Positions 13,347 through 24,610 of a stretch of 32,827 nucleotides of DNA are shown here, piece by piece. The translations under genes and the position numbers were made by a program. Position 1 is the stretch's first letter. Every line of letters starts with the position of its first letter. Below the pieces are notes generated by a model. It was not told the origin of the DNA. It worked only from the letters and a program-made list of their open reading frames with translations, and made no database searches. This DNA is from Conidiobolus incongruus B7586 (Eukaryota): the NCBI GenBank assembly GCA_000697335.1, contig JNEM01011892.1, positions 1 to 32,827 on the forward strand, written 5' to 3'.

Positions 13347-14576
13347 ATGGCTGATATTAAACCAAATAATAAAGATATTGTAGACGATGAGGTTGCTGAT
13401 TTTTTAAATAGTTTAGACAATACTCCAGTCTCTACTCCTACTGAACTTCCTGCTGAACCTAAATTCACTCAAAAGACCGAGAATAAGTCTATTCAAGAAA
13501 AAGAAGTTAATCAATTAGCTCAATCTACTCAAAACATTGGACTTGACGATACTAAAGCTGATGTCTCGCAAAAAGAATCGAAACCAATCCAACAGTCCCA
13601 ACCTGCTCAAGATGCTAAAAACCAGGATTTAGAAAAGAATCAACAAAGTTCCAATACTTCAAGTAGCTGGTCATTTAGTAGTTTGTGGAATACTGCTTCA
13701 AACGCCCTTAAAGAAACTCAAAATTCGGATTTATTAAAAAAGAATGTAAACTCTGTGAAAAACACCTTAACAGGTTTGTCCCAATCTGTTATGAATAACG
13801 AAGCTACTAGAAATTTAGAAACTTCAATCAAAACTTTTGCCAATCAGGATTCTCTTTCTAAAATTGCTAAAGATATAAGCAAGTTCACTCAGACTTCAGT
13901 TAACAATGTTATTAATACCTTGGCTCCTCCTCCCGAGAACTTGGAACAGTTACAAATTATTATCTTGAGTGATTATGACTATTCAGAGTTAGAGTTTTTA
14001 GTCTACAAGCACTGTGACGAGATATTGAAAAGACAGAATTATTTCAAGGATTTGGTTTTAAAGAATGGTAAGGCTATCCAAGTGAACCAACCCGGAAACC
14101 AATCCCAAGACAATGATGATGAGGAAGGTTTATTGGAAGCCGCTCCCGAAGCCAATCCCTTCCAAAAGATTTCTCATGGCTTTGTCGAGGGGTACAATGT
14201 AGCTAAACTTCGTGCCGAGGCTGCTGCATCACTCACCCAAGGCCAGACGTCTGCCTCTTCAAACACTGCATCTTATCTTGTTACTAGCTGTAACACTACA
14301 TCTGTATTCATTGCAATCCACCCATGCAAAGCAGCTCCCTTACCAGACACCTCCCTCATTTTCCATTCCTGCGTCCTGTACTGTCCCTCTGACTACCACT
14401 ACATCAAGACATTTTCCCAAGCACATCCCGTCGGCGATAGCGAGTCTTATGACGTGTTAAATATTTTATCACTCTCTATCCGACAAGTTATCACTGAGTA
14501 TTTAACATTTAAAATTAACAAATTAAATCAGGAATATCTGCAACAATTTGAACCTAACGAAAAATTCAATAAATAA
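13347..14576 (+). CDS. Intronless 409-aa protein, possibly Mtc1-like (maintenance of telomere capping 1 family)
   Basis: Long ORF with AAAATG start. N-terminal EVADFLNSLD, low-complexity linker, SSWSFSSLWNTAS, then a helical region ending VINTLAPP; this layout recalls fungal Mtc1. The CDS is secure, the family call tentative. Confidence 0.65.
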   Translation: MADIKPNNKDIVDDEVADFLNSLDNTPVSTPTELPAEPKFTQKTENKSIQEKEVNQLAQSTQNIGLDDTKADVSQKESKPIQQSQPAQDAKNQDLEKNQQSSNTSSSWSFSSLWNTASNALKETQNSDLLKKNVNSVKNTLTGLSQSVMNNEATRNLETSIKTFANQDSLSKIAKDISKFTQTSVNNVINTLAPPPENLEQLQIIILSDYDYSELEFLVYKHCDEILKRQNYFKDLVLKNGKAIQVNQPGNQSQDNDDEEGLLEAAPEANPFQKISHGFVEGYNVAKLRAEAAASLTQGQTSASSNTASYLVTSCNTTSVFIAIHPCKAAPLPDTSLIFHSCVLYCPSDYHYIKTFSQAHPVGDSESYDVLNILSLSIRQVITEYLTFKINKLNQEYLQQFEPNEKFNK

Positions 14577-14984
14577 TATAAAGTGTTTGATATATATTTT
14601 ATTATTACATTCCTATTTTTAATTAATTTAAAACAGGGTTTATTTTTTATATTTTGTTGAATAGTTATATTCGATTAAAGACTATGCAATGCTAAACTAT
14701 TGTGACTTGTTTTAGATTTAATTCATATCTAAACAAAAAATAAATAAAAAATAATTTAAATGGGGTTCAACAATTATGAATGATATATTTTAATGAATTT
14801 ATAGTACATAAATAATAAAACTTTCCAATATTTTCAATGTATTCAATTATTTATAATATAATCACAAAAATAATAATTTACAAAAAGAGCAAAAGTTTAA
14901 AACTATTACCTAATATGGTAAAAATTGACAATTATTAAGAAATATCACAGTACAATTTATTTTAAAACTTGATTCAAATTATTG

Positions 14985-15066
14985 GCTCTTGTAGCTTAGA
15001 TGGTTAGAGCATGGCATTAACTTCATTAGGCAGCCAAGGTCATAGGTTCAAATCCTATCAGGAGCA
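14985..15066 (+). tRNA. tRNA gene or tRNA-like/pseudo-tRNA, anticodon ambiguous (possible 8-nt intron)
   Basis: Acceptor GCTCTTG/CAGGAGC plus A73; D stem GCTT/GAGC with TGG loop; anticodon stem TGGC/GCCA enclosing 17 nt; variable loop AGGTC; T stem ATAGG/CCTAT with TTCAAAT; T5 tract just downstream. Confidence 0.8.
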
Positions 15067-15920
15067 ATAATTTTTATTCAATTTTTAATACATTTTGAAT
15101 TTTTAAATACAGAATTCTATTAAATATTACATATCAGAGTTTAAATATTATTTGATTACTTTATAACATTAATAATATACTTCGTTTTCACATTTTAATC
15201 AGTGTGTATCTAATATATCTTTCAATAATATGTATTTTATAAAAAAATACATCAATAACAATATTATTCATATTTTTCAGTTCATTTCATTATAGTTTTA
15301 ACGTTCAAATATTAATAATACACCATATTAACCTAGTAACATTTGTGATATATCCAACATTATTAATCTATATCATTATCAATCGGGTAATTAGATTATC
15401 GCAATGGTCACGAATATTGTCTAATCCATATGTTCATCTCTGTATGAAATGCTAATATCATTTAACATACTTAATCACATAAATATTCATTGCCAGTTTA
15501 ACCACATTAATTAATAGTCACATCATTTTGAACTCAAATTAGTATTGTAAATTTTTAGTAAAACTCAATCTTGTATAACAGTTAATTTATTCTTGTCATT
15601 AATCAAGGAAGAAACACAGTTTGACATCACGTTAATTAATAATTATTTGGAAATATTACAATATTCTCTGGTTATTTTATTTTTTAGTCTCATGTTTGAA
15701 ATTATAAGATAATTTATTATTAATTAAAAATAATATTTACAAGCTTTGCAAAACATACATAGCATATTCTTTATACACTGATTTTCGCATAATTATAAAA
15801 TACTATTTTTATTTCAATTGAGTTTGTATGTTAAATAAATTATTAGTTTAGTAATATAATCCATCACTTGATTTATTTTTATAAAATAAAATTTTGATAT
15901 TTTTACATATTATAACCTCG

Positions 15921-16239
15921 TGTATTATCCTAGTGCTGGAAACTAGGATAATTGTATTGAATTAAGTTGGATTATTGGTAAGTGATAGGATTAGAATATA
16001 GTTATGGAGTTTTATTGGAAATCTTTGATAGAGACTTAGTGTTATAGCTAGGTAATTGGGTAGGTTGATGAATGAATAGACAGATAGATAGGTAGGTAAA
16101 TAGATCTCTGTTATATTTCCTCCTCTCTATACTGGGATGAGAATGGATCAATTTAAGGGAAAGTAGGATAAGAGGTAAATTATGGGTAAACTGACATAAA
16201 AGGTAAATATATATGGATTAATTGGATAGATATGTGACA
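15921..16239 (-). mobile_element. Solo LTR, 319 bp
   Basis: TGTATT...GTGACA ends; 5-bp flanks CCTCG/CCTCA (TSD with one mismatch); strong purine skew; AATAAA on minus strand; both ends match 17044-17236. Confidence 0.75.
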
Positions 16240-17043
16240 CCTCAGTTGTTTTCAATGATTGGGATTTTAGATTATAATAGTAATTAAATTGATTTATAGT
16301 ATATTAAATTATTGTATATATTATAGGATAGAATTCAAGTATAAATAAAAAATATATATGTATATCAAGTACCAAGTTTCTATTATATAAAAAATCAGAT
16401 AAACCTTCAATTACGTTAATTTTTAATGAAATGATATGTTACGCATATGATCAAATTGTTTTATTAATAACTATAATGTTTGTGTTTTATTAAAATTATA
16501 TAAGTTAATTTTATCAATAATTAAAGTGTGAAAAAATAGCTGAAGTAATTATTATTAATAATATCAAGCCAAATTTTAATCACAATAACTGATCAGATTG
16601 ATCTGAATATTAAATAGACCCCATTTATCATAAAGTTTTGCACTATTTTGATTTTATTTTATAATATTCTAAAATTTGTAAATTTTGTTTTTTTTGAATG
16701 CAAAATTATTGTGTAAAATCAAACAGTATTTCTAATTTCTAATATATTTTATATATTTTGTTACAGTTACTTTGGTCTATCTATTGATAATAATCTGACT
16801 TTTTTAAATCACATATTGTAATCTTAATATATTTCCAATCTAGATATAATAAACTTTATACTATAAGATAACTTCAACATTTTATTTTCATATTTGAAGA
16901 CCATATCAGTTATTTACTAACCATATCACATTATTTTGATTTTAAATACAATTGATTAAGCAAACACAGTCATTTTCAAATAAAGCATCAATTTGATGTT
17001 AAGTTGAAAATTGATATAATAGTAAATTTCAAATTTAAATAAT

Positions 17044-17236
17044 TGTCATACATTTACTTAATAACCTCATATACCTTTGCCTTTTATCTAAACTCTCATA
17101 TAATTTATTCTTAATCCATCTTATATATATTATCAAAAAACATTACCTCAATAATAATGGCTTATTCCTTAATCTGGATAGCGAAAGTTTCCAAAAACGC
17201 AGCAACCACCCAAGTTTCCAACACTAGGATAATACA
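17044..17236 (+). mobile_element. Related shorter solo LTR, 193 bp, opposite orientation
   Basis: TGTCAT...AATACA; last 24 nt match the reverse complement of 15921-15944 at 23/24; flanks ATAAT/ATTAT. Confidence 0.65.
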
Positions 17237-17469
17237 ATTATGTAACTAATGTTTATATAATGCTAATAAAATATTTTAATATGGTTAGATTAAAGATTTC
17301 GAAATGACTTTATTTTGATGAAATTATGAATTAGTCAAAACTAAAAAATTAGTAACGATGATAAAATTTTGTAAAATACTGATATAATACATAAATCATT
17401 CATAAATATTTATATATATGGTGGATCTGAAGTGAGAATATGTAAGCAAATATCAAAGCCAAAAGGAAA

Positions 17470-17787
17470 ATGTCAAAAGAAACAGCAAATGCAAGTAGAT
17501 TTTCTGAAGTTAGTAAAGTAAATCCTTTAATGGAAGGTCCTGATGAACTTAAAATTGAAAATGATACAGTCAAGCAATTGAATGTTGGTTGGGCAGATAA
17601 AGATATTAGTCAAGAGGAGATGAGAAAAAATCAACTAGTTGAAGATCAAGACCAAAATGACATTAATTCTGGTATTTCGACTGCTGAGTTTCAAAAGGTG
17701 AGTGGTGGACATCCTACTGGAAGACAGTTTTATCCATCACAAGAAATGGATGAAGAGAAGAAAACAACTAAATATGAATCTGCATGA
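17470..17787 (+). CDS. Small acidic hydrophilic protein (105 aa), function unknown
   Basis: AAAATG start, TATA-like run ~17411-17418, GC above flanks, natural E/D/K/Q/S-rich composition, no Cys. Confidence 0.7.
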   Translation: MSKETANASRFSEVSKVNPLMEGPDELKIENDTVKQLNVGWADKDISQEEMRKNQLVEDQDQNDINSGISTAEFQKVSGGHPTGRQFYPSQEMDEEKKTTKYESA

Positions 17788-19833
17788 TATAACTTCAAAT
17801 CTAAGTGAACTTAAAATCATGCTGAATTTTTTATATCAATAGTTATTATCAATAAATTCTGCCAGTCAAATATTATATTATTATAATTTCTTAATAATGT
17901 TATCAAAATATTCAAATTGTTATATAATGTAGCTGATTTTGTATTATCACTTAAATATAGTTAAGAGTATAAGAAAAATAGTGAACACTATGCTTAGAAA
18001 AATGATTATACTCTTAACAAACAGTATTTACATAATATAAATTTTTGAAATATAATCTATGATAAATGAAAAAATATTTATAAAATATAAAAACATTATA
18101 TTATCAAATTATTTTTTTGCAATGCAAGTTGGAATCAATATTTTTTTTGGATATTCCTAATATAGATATTAAATAATGGATTTGGAATAGGTGTTGTATT
18201 TCAAAATTAATTACCTATCCTAGTTTGATAGTTAAACCAATATTATCCCTCATTTATTATAGCTTTGTCATTTTATGATTAATGGATATTCTTTGTTCCC
18301 TTTGTCTACTCTGTTAAATTATAACCAAATCCCATATCATTCATTAAGCCAATTATTCAAACCCAAAAGTGATAAAGATAGAAAGTAGTTTTCTTTTGGA
18401 TATTCTGCTATAATATCTCAATAGTAAGTTCTAAGACTTACAGTCCTATTACTTTAAAGAGAAGGATTAATAAATAATTTACTAAATCATATTATGAGTA
18501 CTTTTCTAACTACAATCTTACAAAATTTAATATAAAACACAACAATAGGTAAAACCAAATATTCTTTAAAAATTTAAATAGTCATTAAGCTGGAGAAATT
18601 ATCAACAATTACTATTAATTTTAAAGTGACTTTTTTTGAGTTAAATTCTATAAGCCTATTATCATCATTTAAGATTTTCATTTTTTTATGATCAAGCAAT
18701 AGTAAAAAGATAAATATTAGAATTAACAATAAATTTATAATACATTATAATATCCATTATGAAAAATTCACACTTCAGTTATATTATTAATCTATTTTAT
18801 CAAGTTTATCTATTTGTGACCCAGATGGTAATAAATTTTTCAATAAAAGACAGGGAAATATGAAATTTTTCTTTTATACTATTGGATTCAAAAGATATAC
18901 AAATCAATATTATAAATGTTGACAACAACAGATTTTTGGACCTAAAAAAAGAAATTTTAAATTCCAATATAATATATCTATGTTAATAAAATTCAAATAT
19001 CATCTGAACAAACATTTTCCAAATATAGTAAATATCTAGTACAAAATCACATCATTCACACCTTTAGTTTTGCCAAATATAGTAAACCAATTGCTATCAT
19101 AAAACCTAAACATCAGACAAAAATCTTGAGTGTTTGTATTTTTCTACAATAATGCTTTAATTATGTGAATTTTAAATGTATTTTTAAATCACTTTATTAA
19201 CTTGATATAATACCTTTATTTGAATTTTTATTTAAATTTTATCTAATCAAAGTTTAAAACTCATTAATCTTATTAATTAAGAATACGAATAAAGACACCC
19301 AGAACATTGCATATTTAAAAAACTAAACCAAAATAATGCTGATTCACCAGATCAAATTTATAAATTTGATTATATTTTGAAAATAATAAAATATTGTATA
19401 TAAGCTGTTTTTTATTTCATATTAAACAAAATTTATTCTAACTCTATCAAATTGAAAAATATATACTACAAAAACATAAAACACCATTGAATACTTTTTT
19501 GTTCTATATTAATTATTATTTTAATGGTAATTTAGCGAGTTGCTTTGAATATAGACAAATGAATATTTTATCTACCATATTTAATATCACTGAATACAGA
19601 AATTAAAATGCTCTATTTCTAATTTTGGTATTATTAATAATTACAAATTTAGTGATGTAATCGATATTCATTACAAATTCTATTATAAATTTATCGAAAT
19701 TTAATTGGATTATAATATCAATTGAACCAATCGGTTTCAATTAAGAATACACTAAAAATGAGTATATATAGATAGTTGAGAATCATTTTGACATTATCTT
19801 TCCACATTTTGAGCTGGATTTTATTCAATCAAA

Positions 19834-22800
19834 ATGTCAATCACAGAAATTATTAATAATATTTTCAACTTAGATCATAAACAAAGAAACAAATTATTAT
19901 CTAATATTGGTCTTAACTTTCATGGTCTTCAAGGATTTAGTGACTTAGCTTCAAGTTTATCTTTTCATGAAAACCGTTTCAAATTGTATTCAGAATTAGA
20001 TGAAATAAATTCATTCGAATCTCGACAATTGAAGTTCCATATTGCTCTTAACCACGACGATTTTGATGTTGTTACTCATATTTGGAACTCCACCGATATC
20101 AATATAATTAGATATACAGTTCAGCGAGGTGACAAACTATTTCGTAATGAGCTATTCTGGCCCAAATTGGATTGTGTCCTAAATAACGTTAGCTTGGTTG
20201 CTCGACAAAAGATTTTAAAGAAGATTACCTCGCTCGATCTCCCATCACTTTGTGAAGTTGGTTTTAATTGGATATTGAAGCATTATGGAAACATTCCTGC
20301 TTTTGATTATTTACCTTATTGTACTGATGATTTTATTCAGAGTTATTTGAATGAAAATTATGAAATAGTTCCCCACAAACAAATTCAAAAGCTCATTAAG
20401 ACCAAAAAAGGACATTTAATATTTCCCTTTATTGAGAAATCTTTGCAATGTAAAGAGAATCATCTCAAATCTCATGAAACCAGCCATTTATCTTTTGTTA
20501 TGATGCATTATCCTAAGAAATTCTTAGATTATTTTACATTTTATTACAAGAAAATTTACCAACTTGAAGGTAACTGGACTCGAATTATTTGTATTAATCC
20601 TTTGTTAGTCCTTGATACAATTATTCAGAATTTGGATGAATTTGGGTTACCTGAGTTTATGAGGAAAAAAGAAAACACACGATTTTATTCTGATGATCAA
20701 TTATTGGAGATATTTACCAAGTTCTTGGATAAGAGAGATATTTTTAGCCATTATATATCTCTTTTACCCTTTTTATCGAGATCCAACCGCTTTGTCCTTT
20801 TCAATCACTGTTACCAAAAAGTGGAACCATCAAGAAAGTTTGATTTCTTATTAATTCTTGTTCGAAGTGCCTCAGATTTTGAATTATTCGATTATCATTC
20901 CAAATCCAAAATCCTTGATATGATGCTTGATTTAGACGAGGATAAATTTAACCGCGAGCTTAGCGGCAATTTTAGCAACTTGCAATTGAAATCGAACTTT
21001 AATCAAAAGTGCTTATTGTCTGTAAGCAAAAATTATGATGACTTACTCAATTTGATCAAACGATATGGAAATGAGGCTAGTGATCGAGGTGAAGCATTAA
21101 AATCTTTATTCCATGCTGTTTATCATAGCCAAGATCATTCCAAACTCTTGAGTGAATCTTTGAATATTGTGTATGACCGATATCGAAATGACCAGCCTCA
21201 AGTTCACACTGGATGGATTAACGATCTTCAGGATTACCATTATAATCAGCTGAGTTGGAACCAATTACAAATTCTATTCAAGTTGTTAGAAAATTGGAAA
21301 CTGAAGCCTACTCAAAATTGGACATCAATTCACGGTTTAGTGAATGCTCTTTGGAAAATTTTGTTACTGAATATTGAAAGACATGTTTCAAACACATCTC
21401 AATGTTCCAATCTGTTGGATCTGGATCAATGTACTACTTTATTAGTGAATTTTGTCAAAGGAAACAACAGGGATGAAAATACTAAAGACTATTTCAGCAA
21501 TACTTTTGCGTGGGTTTCGGGATATTCAAGAAGTGGAGATTTCAAATCTACTTTCCCCTTTGAATTGATAGAGCGATCAATCAACGAGCTTTATCCTAAT
21601 GTGTTGAAATCCGGAAATTATGAATACATGAATCAAGTAATTAATGGGTTTGAAACACTATTTAACAGAAACCATTTGGTGAAAGTTCCTCAGATCAATT
21701 CCATCCTTAAGATTTTTTCCAATCCCGAATTAGATACTAAATATCATCAAATTGTGCTTCAATATTATTCATACTGGCCAGTCGATAAAGAATTTATCTT
21801 TAAAATCCAATCATCTCTTCCCATATATGTGCCTTATGGAGTGATAGAAATATTATTCCAATCACCTGAATCAATTAATGATTATTTGAAACAAACATAT
21901 CAAATCAAGAACTCATTGTACAATGAATTGAACTCCAAGTATCCTAGCTTATTTAGCTCATGCATATTGAAGATTAGAGAATATGGATACTCAATCTATG
22001 ATAGAATGTCGCTAAAGGAGAAACAAATCATCATTGACATGATACAACATACACTTGTATATGATGAATGCAGCCAATGGCTAAAGAAATGCTTGGTCGA
22101 TTACTTAAGCAATCGTCCACAATGGTGGACCAATATTGGAGATATCCATAAATACCTCCCTCCCCCAAACACTTCGCCTATTGCAAAGGAATCCCCTTCT
22201 AATAATAACAACGACCAATCTGATGCGTTTGTGTTAATTGATGAAGAAGATCCAACCAATGTAAACACTAGTGAAATCAATCCTGAGAGCTATTCAAGCC
22301 AGTTAAAATCCAAATTCTTAACTAGCATAGCTCGCATGCCTGATTCCTCAAAAGCTTTTGAAGTTATCTATCCTTATTTTAATACTGATTATTCCAGTTT
22401 AGTACTGCAATCACTTTCTAGAAAATTAATGCTCTTGACATATTCTGAAGCAAATTCCAAAATCCAAGAGATATTATCTAAAGAGGTGAAGATTACGGTT
22501 CAAAAGGAATTGCTCCGATTGGTATTAGACATCAGCTACATTCATGATAAGGATTCCAAATTAGAAGAATTATGGAAATTTTGTCGCAAGCATCCAAGTC
22601 TCATCAAAACTTTGTTAGATCTTATTCCAGGTCTTGTGCCATGTATTAAGAACTATGATTTATTGTTCGATATTTGCTCTACTACCATTCAAGACCCTAC
22701 ATATTATGAAACTATAGTGACCCTTCATTCCAAGCATATGGTTAAGAGCAATTTTAGAGACCAGTTCATCAAACTCGTTTTTGGTCACCTCCCCAAAAAG

Positions 22801-23676
22801 AACGTAGATAGCTATTATCATGTCTTACGAGATTTCATGAACGAGTGGGCTGAGTTCGTTAATGATAAATACTTCTTTGACTATCTCAGAACCATTGCGT
22901 TTGACCCTCAGTTCATTCATCATTTGGATGGCTGTATATCATATTTTGTTAAAATGAGCTATAATTTCCATCACCAATGGGATAATTTGAATCGTATGAA
23001 GGTCATTATCAGTCATTACCAAACTTTGATCGAAAGTCTTAATAAGAAAATTGATGTGATTAATAGTTTTGTTAAACTGTCTTCTCAATTGAGTGATCAA
23101 GTTAGTTTCAAGAAACTTAATTCTGATAATCAACCTCGATTAGTATCCAATTTCGATTTGATGCTTAAGTATTATGCTGAATTAGTGAATACTGGATATT
23201 TGCGTTATATGAGTTATCCAACTTATTTCAAAATTTGTAGAAAATTGGTCCAAATCAAAAATTATCATCTTCACAACGAAAATTGCGGCAAATATTACCA
23301 GACAGTCGCCGCTGAGTTGCTTGAAATCTTGCTTGGTAATAAGTACAATCTTGTATCATATCATCCTAATCATATTTCCTTCTTTGAGGATGATATTATT
23401 TCAATTTTATATCGCCCATTCTCAGATTATCATCAAATCAAATATTTTGACTCATTTTTGCTTGGATTGGAAGAAGGCTTCAAATCACCATTTATTGCGA
23501 ACACTTTGGTCAAATTTTTGATAAAGTCTTTGAATTCTATGAAAGATCGCAAAGGAGTTAAAATTGGTGAATTTAAAAATTCACAAAGAATACTTCAAAT
23601 CTTGTTGAAGCGTGATGAATATCGCCTAGTACTTAAATCATCACTTCAATTTACTGTTAAAAAAAATGATGGTTAA
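19834..23676 (+). CDS. Large intronless uncharacterised protein (1280 aa), predicted alpha-helical/solenoid-like
   Basis: 3843-nt uninterrupted ORF in stop-rich DNA; AAAATG start; upstream TATATATA; L/I/F/Y-rich amphipathic helices; P/N/D linker near aa 780-825; no catalytic motif recognised. Confidence 0.92.
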   Translation: MSITEIINNIFNLDHKQRNKLLSNIGLNFHGLQGFSDLASSLSFHENRFKLYSELDEINSFESRQLKFHIALNHDDFDVVTHIWNSTDINIIRYTVQRGDKLFRNELFWPKLDCVLNNVSLVARQKILKKITSLDLPSLCEVGFNWILKHYGNIPAFDYLPYCTDDFIQSYLNENYEIVPHKQIQKLIKTKKGHLIFPFIEKSLQCKENHLKSHETSHLSFVMMHYPKKFLDYFTFYYKKIYQLEGNWTRIICINPLLVLDTIIQNLDEFGLPEFMRKKENTRFYSDDQLLEIFTKFLDKRDIFSHYISLLPFLSRSNRFVLFNHCYQKVEPSRKFDFLLILVRSASDFELFDYHSKSKILDMMLDLDEDKFNRELSGNFSNLQLKSNFNQKCLLSVSKNYDDLLNLIKRYGNEASDRGEALKSLFHAVYHSQDHSKLLSESLNIVYDRYRNDQPQVHTGWINDLQDYHYNQLSWNQLQILFKLLENWKLKPTQNWTSIHGLVNALWKILLLNIERHVSNTSQCSNLLDLDQCTTLLVNFVKGNNRDENTKDYFSNTFAWVSGYSRSGDFKSTFPFELIERSINELYPNVLKSGNYEYMNQVINGFETLFNRNHLVKVPQINSILKIFSNPELDTKYHQIVLQYYSYWPVDKEFIFKIQSSLPIYVPYGVIEILFQSPESINDYLKQTYQIKNSLYNELNSKYPSLFSSCILKIREYGYSIYDRMSLKEKQIIIDMIQHTLVYDECSQWLKKCLVDYLSNRPQWWTNIGDIHKYLPPPNTSPIAKESPSNNNNDQSDAFVLIDEEDPTNVNTSEINPESYSSQLKSKFLTSIARMPDSSKAFEVIYPYFNTDYSSLVLQSLSRKLMLLTYSEANSKIQEILSKEVKITVQKELLRLVLDISYIHDKDSKLEELWKFCRKHPSLIKTLLDLIPGLVPCIKNYDLLFDICSTTIQDPTYYETIVTLHSKHMVKSNFRDQFIKLVFGHLPKKNVDSYYHVLRDFMNEWAEFVNDKYFFDYLRTIAFDPQFIHHLDGCISYFVKMSYNFHHQWDNLNRMKVIISHYQTLIESLNKKIDVINSFVKLSSQLSDQVSFKKLNSDNQPRLVSNFDLMLKYYAELVNTGYLRYMSYPTYFKICRKLVQIKNYHLHNENCGKYYQTVAAELLEILLGNKYNLVSYHPNHISFFEDDIISILYRPFSDYHQIKYFDSFLLGLEEGFKSPFIANTLVKFLIKSLNSMKDRKGVKIGEFKNSQRILQILLKRDEYRLVLKSSLQFTVKKNDG

Positions 23677-24610
23677 TTCTAGAGAGTTTTGCTCATTGTT
23701 TCTCTTGTAATAAACACCAATCACCAATAATTGCTATATAGTTTATGATTTAAAATATTTCATGAAAACTATTACAAAATGGTAATTACATGTGTTGACT
23801 GGCGGAAATAAATTTAATTGCAAAACTATTAGATTGTGTATTATGTAGTGACTATTTGAATTATCAATAAACAATTATATATACATATAGTATTATTTTG
23901 TTGATATATCCTCAACCTTTAATGTTGATGTTATTGTGAAAATTTGAATGTTATTTTGTTATAAAATTTATTGACAGATTAAATTCAAGATTTGAAAAAT
24001 TCAATTTGATATATATTTATATCTACCCAATTTCATAACTTGCAAATTTTCATAATTTCAACAAAAGTTGGAAAAAAAATCTTACAAATGTATTTATTAA
24101 ATTAATATATGAATTTGAGAATGACAAATTTAAATAATGATTTATATCTTTCAATTTGAATATTACAATATGTATCAACTATAGTTGTCTGGTTTCATTT
24201 TATATAATGGCCTTGAATTTACAAATTTTATACCAACACTTTAAAATTATAATTAATATTTATAATTTGAGTTTTTCAATTTTTATTTCACCACATCTCA
24301 AATTTAAAAAACTTCCTTCAAAATTTCATTTAATTTTCCAATAAGAATAATATATAAGTAATTAATTTATATTAGTTTAAAATAATTTATTAAATAAATT
24401 TAATTCATTATATTAATATAACTTATTTTTAAATTTCTAAACTCAATAATTGAAATTATACCTTTTAAAATTTTTATATAAATATATTTGCTAAATATTT
24501 ATTTTTTATTATTTGGTAAAAAAAGACTTTTTTAATTAATATAATAATTATTTTTATTATATTTATAGTAATAATTACTTAATATCAATTTAATATATAT
24601 TGACTTTTTA

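Noticed and set aside
14212..14460. 82-aa overlapping ORF
   Set aside because: Alternate frame within the 409-aa CDS, GTG start.
15015..15033. CTTCA suggesting a selenocysteine or opal-suppressor tRNA
   Set aside because: No long variable arm or extended acceptor stem, and TCA is not at canonical positions 34-36.
15921..17236. Single 1316-bp TIR transposon defined by 24-bp inverted repeats
   Set aside because: Outer flanks (CCTCG vs ATTAT) do not match, while each sub-element has its own TSD and TG..CA ends.
22939..23521. ORFs 22939..23133 (-) and 23321..23521 (+)
   Set aside because: Shadows of the 1280-aa CDS.
24156..24344. 62-aa ORF
   Set aside because: TTG start, AT-driven composition, no motif.
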